This document shows positions 58,472-64,000 of a stretch of DNA of 64,000 nt, one piece after another. The notes beneath the pieces are model-generated. The model was not told the origin of the DNA and ran no database searches. It saw only the letters and a program-made list of their open reading frames with translations. Within the stretch, counting starts at the first letter, position 1. Every line of letters begins with the position of its first letter. A program made the position numbers and the translations under genes. Source of the stretch: Spirochaetota bacterium (lineage in GTDB: Bacteria > Spirochaetota > UBA4802 > JAFGDQ01); the NCBI GenBank assembly GCA_016934735.1, contig JAFGSG010000052.1, positions 4,424 through 68,423 of the forward strand, given 5' to 3'.

Positions 58472-59779
58472 TTGAAGAATTTACTGATTATCGGCGGATC
58501 ACTTTTTTTGTTCCTATTGGGTTTGTTCGCATTCCAGGTCAGGGCATATCCTGAAGAATATGAGGGCACGGCTTTACATGAGAATGCAGATGAAAATATC
58601 TCCACTAGATACAACTTAGGCGGCTATATCAAAAGTGGAATTTTTTCCTGGGATGATGAATTCAGGGAAATTTTTGCAGAAGGCTCCCTTAAGCTCGAAA
58701 GCGCGGCCGGGACATTCGGCAATGCTTTCGCGGAGCTTCGTTACCGTGCTTCGTCCTCTGATTCGGAGGATAAAAGTGATTTTAATTTCAGGGAAGCTTA
58801 CGCGGAAATCTATGCCGGGAAGCTGGATATACGCTCCGGAAAGCAGGTAATCGTATGGGGCAGAGCCGACGGGTTCAACCCTACGAACAATATCACCCCT
58901 TCCGATTATACGGTATTCTCGTCTGAAGAAGACGACAGGAGAATGTCCAACTTTGTTGTGAAAGGTGTATTTAACGCGGATCCCTTTAAGCTGGAAGCGG
59001 ATTGGGTACCCGTATATCTTTCTTCGGAGCTCCCTTTCGGCAATGCTTCAATGCCTGCCGGAATTGAATGGGCAAACATGGATGCCCCCAAAAAGAAACC
59101 GGAAAATTCCACCTTTGCCGTAAAGGTTGAGATAGAAAGTGCTTCTTTTGACGGCTCTCTTTCGTATTACAACGGCTATTACAAAACGCCCGGTTTGGAT
59201 TACTATATTTCACAAAGCGTGGTTTATGTTCAAACAAAGCCTTTCAGGACGCAGGTAGCCGGAGTGGATTTTTCCACGACAGTGGGAAAATACGGCCTCA
59301 GGGGAGAATTCGCTCTGAGCATCCCTGAGGATACGAAAGAAGACCTGGCTTTCCCGGGGCGTCAGGCTGAATACACGATAGGCATCGACCGGGAATGGAG
59401 GAGCTTCAGCTGTATTCTACAATATATAGGAAAATATGTGATCGATTACGACAGGGGCGCGGACGCTCCCAATACGCTCGAAAAAGAACTAATCGCGTGG
59501 AACAGGATGATCTTTTCTCAACAGGAGGAATGGAACCATTCAGCGTCACTGCGCCTGTCACTTTCTCTTATGCACGAAACCCTTGCCCTGGAAGTACTGG
59601 GGTTGGCAAATTTCAGCACTGAGGAAGTTTATTTTCAGCCGAAGGCATCTTATACAATCTCCGACGCCTTTGTGCTCTGCGCCGGAGCGCAGCTTTATTA
59701 CGGACCGGACGACACTCTCTTTGGTTTTATGGAAAAGAATAAAAACGCGCTATTTATGGAAATCAAAAAATCTTTTTAG
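58472..59779 (+). CDS. outer-membrane beta-barrel protein (DUF1302-like)
   Basis: AGGAGG RBS with TTG start; signal peptide; FREAY, GKQVIVWGRAD and a C-terminal Phe. Confidence 0.7.
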   Translation: MKNLLIIGGSLFLFLLGLFAFQVRAYPEEYEGTALHENADENISTRYNLGGYIKSGIFSWDDEFREIFAEGSLKLESAAGTFGNAFAELRYRASSSDSEDKSDFNFREAYAEIYAGKLDIRSGKQVIVWGRADGFNPTNNITPSDYTVFSSEEDDRRMSNFVVKGVFNADPFKLEADWVPVYLSSELPFGNASMPAGIEWANMDAPKKKPENSTFAVKVEIESASFDGSLSYYNGYYKTPGLDYYISQSVVYVQTKPFRTQVAGVDFSTTVGKYGLRGEFALSIPEDTKEDLAFPGRQAEYTIGIDREWRSFSCILQYIGKYVIDYDRGADAPNTLEKELIAWNRMIFSQQEEWNHSASLRLSLSLMHETLALEVLGLANFSTEEVYFQPKASYTISDAFVLCAGAQLYYGPDDTLFGFMEKNKNALFMEIKKSF

Positions 59780-59864
59780 TTCTGGGTTTATGATGCCGGC
59801 TGTCAGACAGGCGGTTATCTACCCGAGATTTATTTAAAAATCAAATTATTAAAAGGAGAAATTT

Positions 59865-62800
59865 ATGGAAAAGCTGTCAAAATTTGTGATCAGGTTCAGG
59901 TGGCCGATAATTATCCTGTTCCTGGCTTTTACCGTGATCATGGGTGCCATGATCAGGAACGCGCGGTTCAACGCGGATATGCAGACATATCTGCCGGATA
60001 CAATGGATGCGCGTGTAGATCAGGAGAAGATAGAGAAGATATTCGGGGGCACCGACCTTGTGATGATAGTCCTTAAGACGGACGACGTGATAAATAAAGA
60101 CACGCTTGAGCGAGTAAAACTTTTTTCGCGGAAAATGAAAAAAGTAAAGGGCATAGAAAAGGTCATGTCACTTTTTGACCTCAAGCAGGTACGCAATGAA
60201 AATGAGGCAATGATAGTGGATTCTGCTGTTAAGATGATCCCGGCCTCAGAGGAAGATATAGGAATCATTAAAAAAGAGATATCGGAAAACGACCTTGTTT
60301 TCGGAAGCGTGGTCTCTAAGAATTTTACTACTACGGTGGTAATAGGTATGATTACTCCAGGCACTCATGATAAGTCCCTGGCGGAAGCTCTGGAGAAACT
60401 GGTTAAAGATATTCCCGGAAAGGAAGATGTAATGATAGGGGGGGCCCCGTACATCCGCTCCCAAACAGCACTCAATATGCAGAGGGATATCGGACGGCTC
60501 CTCCCTCTCGGGCTACTATTTATGCTGGTTTTCCTTTATGTTAGTTTCAGGCAGTTCAGAGGTGTGCTGCTCTCTTCCGCTGTTGTATTTATGTCTATAT
60601 TCGTAGTGCTCGGCTTTATCCCTCTATTTGGTTGGGATATTACTCTGGTGACTATAATACTCGCGGTTTTGCTTATAGCTGTGGCCAATGATTACGGCAT
60701 ACATATGTTCGCTCATTTTCAGGATGAAAACACACCAGGCAACACTTTTACAAAGGAGGAGATATCTGCCCGTATGCTCACAAGCATAGGAAAGCCCGTG
60801 ATCGTGGCAGGCGTTACAACTATAGCCGGGCTTCTGTGTATGTTCGGGCATATACTTATACCTGCAGAACAGATGGGGATATTGGGCGGCGCAGGGATAG
60901 CCTTTGCTTTACTCGCGAGCCTTTTTTTTATACCTGCAATGAATTCCATTCTTCCGAAGCCTAAACCTCTTCAAACTGCGGCAAAGGGAAAAGAAATAAA
61001 AGGACTTAACAGAATACTTGGTTTTGTAAGTGATCTCGCCGTAAATAAACCGCGGAGGGTCGTGATTTCCATAACTGTGATTGTACTGATACTTGCCGCA
61101 GGGATATTGAGATTAACTGTGAACAGCAATCCTGTAAGCGTTTATCCGCATGGACATATGGTGGAAAAATCATCTCTTCTAATAAACAGCGAACTCGGGG
61201 GGTTTTTTCCTCTTTCAATCGTATTCGAGGGTGACATCAAGGATCCGGAGATGCTTAAGAAAATGGATCTTATAGAGAAAAAGATCCGCGAGATACCTCA
61301 GGTAGGCACAACGCAGTCCATAGCCCGCGTTGTTCGCCAGATCAGCCGGGCGCTGTACAATACGTCCGATCCCGGCTACGACAGTATACCGGATACATAC
61401 AATGCCGTGTCGCAGTATTTCGAGCTTTACCTTATGAGCGGCGATCCTGAGGATTTTGAGAAGATGGTGGATTTCTCATTCGGGAAGGCCATGATACTTG
61501 TGCGTTTTAAAGAGATGAATACGCCCGTCCTTCGCAAATGCGTAAACGAGATCAGAGAAATAGTTAAGAATGATCCTGATATAAAAATAGTTGGAGGAAT
61601 TGTAGATATTTTTTCAAAGATGGACAAAGAGGTTGTAGACGGCCAGTTATTTTCCATTATTGCGTCGATCATGGCGGTATTCATTATAATAGCTTTTGCC
61701 TTCCGCTCGGTAAAAGGCGCTGCATTGCAGATTATACCGCTTGTATCCGCTATACTTATCCTGTTCGGCTTAATGGGTATAGCCGGGATAGAGTTAAATT
61801 TCACGACCGCGCTTCTTTCTTCGATCATGATCGGAGTCGGGGTGGATTATACCACGCATTTCACATGGCGTTACCGTGAAGAACGGCAAAGCGGGCTCAG
61901 CATCCAAGACGCGATCAGGATGACCATACTTACAGCAGGGCGCGGAATCATTTTCAATGCGTTTTCAGTCATTATCGGATTCGCTGCGCTGACTTTCTCT
62001 TCATTTCAGCCTGTCCGTATCTTCGGTCTGCTCATTGTTGTAATAATTTTCGCGTGCCTTATAGGTGGTCTTGTACTAATACCGTCTTTGTTTATGCTCA
62101 TAAAACCAAATTTTTGCGAGCCGGTTAAAATAGAACAGAATAAAAATATTTCAAAGCAGAAAAATATGAAACTAAATAAAATTATTATTCCCGTTGTGTT
62201 TATTATGGCCGCAGCGGTGAGTTATCTTTATGCGGAAATTACAGCAAAAGAGGTAATGCGGAAGTCAATTGAAACAACGCGCGTGGACGGCACTGAATCC
62301 CTATCAACCCTGGTCATCATGAACCAGAACGGGGAAAAACGCGTCCGCAAAATGTTAATGGTAAGCAGGATGTACAATAACGGGCAGCTTGAAAAAAAAA
62401 TGGTCCGTTTCACTGCACCTGCGGACGTAAAAGGGACAGGATTTCTTTCGTTTGACTATAATGAGAAGTCAGATGACAAATGGATGTACATGCCCGCGCT
62501 GCGCAAAACACGCCGCATTATAAGCTCGGAGAACGCCAAGAGCTTTATGGGCTCCGAATTCTCATACGCTGATATGTCCATGCCCACGCTGAATGATTTT
62601 AATTACAAGTCTTTGCCGGATGAAACAGTGAACGGTGAAAATTGTTACATGATTGAGATCACACCAAAGGACGAGACGGTTGGAGAGGAGAACGGTTTTT
62701 CAAAAAAAATCTCGTACATAAGCAAAAGGGATTTTGTTCTCAGGAAGGCCGAATACTTCGACCTGAACGGCGAAAAGGAAAAGATACTCGAGGTTCAATC

Positions 62801-62960
62801 CGTTATTGAGGTGGATAAAACAAAGCACAAATATAAAATGAAAAAGATGACAATGACAAATGTCCATAACAACAGAAAATCGGTTTCGAGCACCGACAGC
62901 ATAAAGTTCAATCCGGGAATACCGGACGAGTATTTCACAACGCGTTATCTTCTGAAGTAA
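59865..62960 (+). CDS. MMPL/RND exporter fused to a LolA-like lipoprotein-sorting domain
   Basis: Two RND halves (AVANDYGIH, GVGVDY); C-terminal PADVKGTGFL, WMYMPALRKTRRI and SFMGSEFSYAD. Confidence 0.88.
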   Translation: MEKLSKFVIRFRWPIIILFLAFTVIMGAMIRNARFNADMQTYLPDTMDARVDQEKIEKIFGGTDLVMIVLKTDDVINKDTLERVKLFSRKMKKVKGIEKVMSLFDLKQVRNENEAMIVDSAVKMIPASEEDIGIIKKEISENDLVFGSVVSKNFTTTVVIGMITPGTHDKSLAEALEKLVKDIPGKEDVMIGGAPYIRSQTALNMQRDIGRLLPLGLLFMLVFLYVSFRQFRGVLLSSAVVFMSIFVVLGFIPLFGWDITLVTIILAVLLIAVANDYGIHMFAHFQDENTPGNTFTKEEISARMLTSIGKPVIVAGVTTIAGLLCMFGHILIPAEQMGILGGAGIAFALLASLFFIPAMNSILPKPKPLQTAAKGKEIKGLNRILGFVSDLAVNKPRRVVISITVIVLILAAGILRLTVNSNPVSVYPHGHMVEKSSLLINSELGGFFPLSIVFEGDIKDPEMLKKMDLIEKKIREIPQVGTTQSIARVVRQISRALYNTSDPGYDSIPDTYNAVSQYFELYLMSGDPEDFEKMVDFSFGKAMILVRFKEMNTPVLRKCVNEIREIVKNDPDIKIVGGIVDIFSKMDKEVVDGQLFSIIASIMAVFIIIAFAFRSVKGAALQIIPLVSAILILFGLMGIAGIELNFTTALLSSIMIGVGVDYTTHFTWRYREERQSGLSIQDAIRMTILTAGRGIIFNAFSVIIGFAALTFSSFQPVRIFGLLIVVIIFACLIGGLVLIPSLFMLIKPNFCEPVKIEQNKNISKQKNMKLNKIIIPVVFIMAAAVSYLYAEITAKEVMRKSIETTRVDGTESLSTLVIMNQNGEKRVRKMLMVSRMYNNGQLEKKMVRFTAPADVKGTGFLSFDYNEKSDDKWMYMPALRKTRRIISSENAKSFMGSEFSYADMSMPTLNDFNYKSLPDETVNGENCYMIEITPKDETVGEENGFSKKISYISKRDFVLRKAEYFDLNGEKEKILEVQSVIEVDKTKHKYKMKKMTMTNVHNNRKSVSSTDSIKFNPGIPDEYFTTRYLLK

Positions 62961-63171
62961 TTTATAATTTAGATTTAAAGATTATTTCCAGAATGAATAT
63001 TATTTTTGTCGTTAAATAAATATTGGAATCTTTAAAAGTTATAAAAAAATATTGATGTTTTGGCGGGTAAGTAATATTTTTTACCCTCCTGCCAGAACAT
63101 CATATTTCCACGTATTTTATTCAGTGGATTAAAGAATTAATTATTTTAAAAATATTATCAATTTTTTCCGA

Positions 63172-63702
63172 CTATGGCAATACAGTGCGTATCATTTCAA
63201 GATAACCGAGTTCCCTGACACGCGCCAGTACGGGCTGGAAATTGATATCAAATATCCATCCGATCTGAAGCAGTTTAAAATCATTCAGGTTCTTAATATA
63301 TTTAATATCAACTATTCTTTTGTTGATCAGATCGTTGTAAACTTCTTCCAAAAATCCAGGCGTATCCGGCAATTCAAGTTCAACACCGCTGTTCCTTTTA
63401 CGGTCTTTTATATTGTAATAATCCGTAACCACTTTCCAGATATCAAGCTTGTCTGCATCCCGTATGAGTTTTTCATAAAACAGGAAGGGATCTTTTTCTT
63501 CAGCAGGCAGATAAGCGCGATTGTGATATTATATTGCTCTTAATACTATTTCACGCATATCCGGATCAATTGTTTTAAGTATTTTAGATTCCTTAAGTAT
63601 TTTTATGCCAGGTAAAGCATGATTCTCGGACCTGATGTCCACAAATGTTTTATAACGGGCATACTGTTCAAAACGGCCTATATAGTGCAGCAGGTCTGCC
63701 AT
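63172..63702 (-). pseudogene. HD-domain protein pseudogene
   Basis: MADLLHYIGRFEQY (HD appears as HY)...VLRAI*YHN...IRDADKLDI; in-frame TAA at 63529-31; N-terminus missing. Confidence 0.75.
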
Positions 63703-63924
63703 ACCTGTGTAGACTTTTTATTTTATATCTTCATCTGTTAAAACCGCAGAAGATAGAGAAATATCGCTGCTGCTTTCGTAAACGCGTATGTTTTTATCCC
63801 TGAAAAAATTTTACTGCTGCAGGCTGCAGTTTGTTCCGGCCGGCCCGCAGCAGTATTCGCTTTTTAAAACCTGATCTGAAATTTCATATTCAGTATTTCT
63901 TATGAGAATGCAGATATAAATAAT

Positions 63925-64000
63925 TTACAGACTCATTTTAGCTCCGACGTATAAATATCTTCCCGTTACAGGAGCATAAATATAAGCGGCAGAATCTTCC
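63925..64000 (-). CDS. C-terminus of a probable TonB-dependent receptor (partial)
   Basis: EDSAAYIYAPVTGRYLYVGAKMSL* resembles the last beta-strand (GRxxYxG) of TonB-dependent receptors. Confidence 0.6.
   Translation of the reverse strand, partial: EDSAAYIYAPVTGRYLYVGAKMSL

Noticed and set aside
1-64000. Genome-wide UGA recoding (genetic code 4 or 25) as the explanation for the in-frame TGAs
   Set aside because: TGA serves as a normal stop here (for example the hgcA/hgcB ATGA overlap), Trp is encoded by TGG, and long genes contain no internal TGA.

Overview
AT-rich bacterial chromosome segment, probably from an anaerobic Spirochaetota member (inferred from gene content, not verified). No rRNA, tRNA, CRISPR array or transposase was recognised. 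From left to right: (i) a WYL/YafY regulator with small Cys-rich and TfoX cargo genes, interrupted by a nucleotidyltransferase pair carrying a nonsense mutation; (ii) housekeeping genes (pyrG, two M16 peptidases, plsC, a purH-like gene, pth); (iii) a ~10 kb island with the mercury methylation genes hgcAB, two ArsR regulators with three matching 22-bp operators, arsP, acr3 and a thiol-redox chain. This island ends in two genes that the ORF track splits at in-frame TGA codons and that read as candidate selenoproteins: a DUF1573-like protein with U-G-C, and a 122-aa protein with two UGAs (U-A-G-G-G-U). (iv) A probably sigma54-driven orp-like Fe-S/NifX/MinD-ferredoxin cluster and zur-znuACB; (v) a FadR-oxidoreductase-tripartite tricarboxylate transporter locus; (vi) an AraC/GyrI regulator, a TrmO-TrmO-UvrA fusion and a methyltransferase; (vii) MerR/CPBP genes, a Ni/Co transporter, a MarR-controlled MMPL-LolA-like fusion and an HD-domain pseudogene. 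Two regulator operators sit at the centre of unusually long perfect palindromes (61 and 55 bp). All family calls come from motif recognition by eye; no database searches were run.
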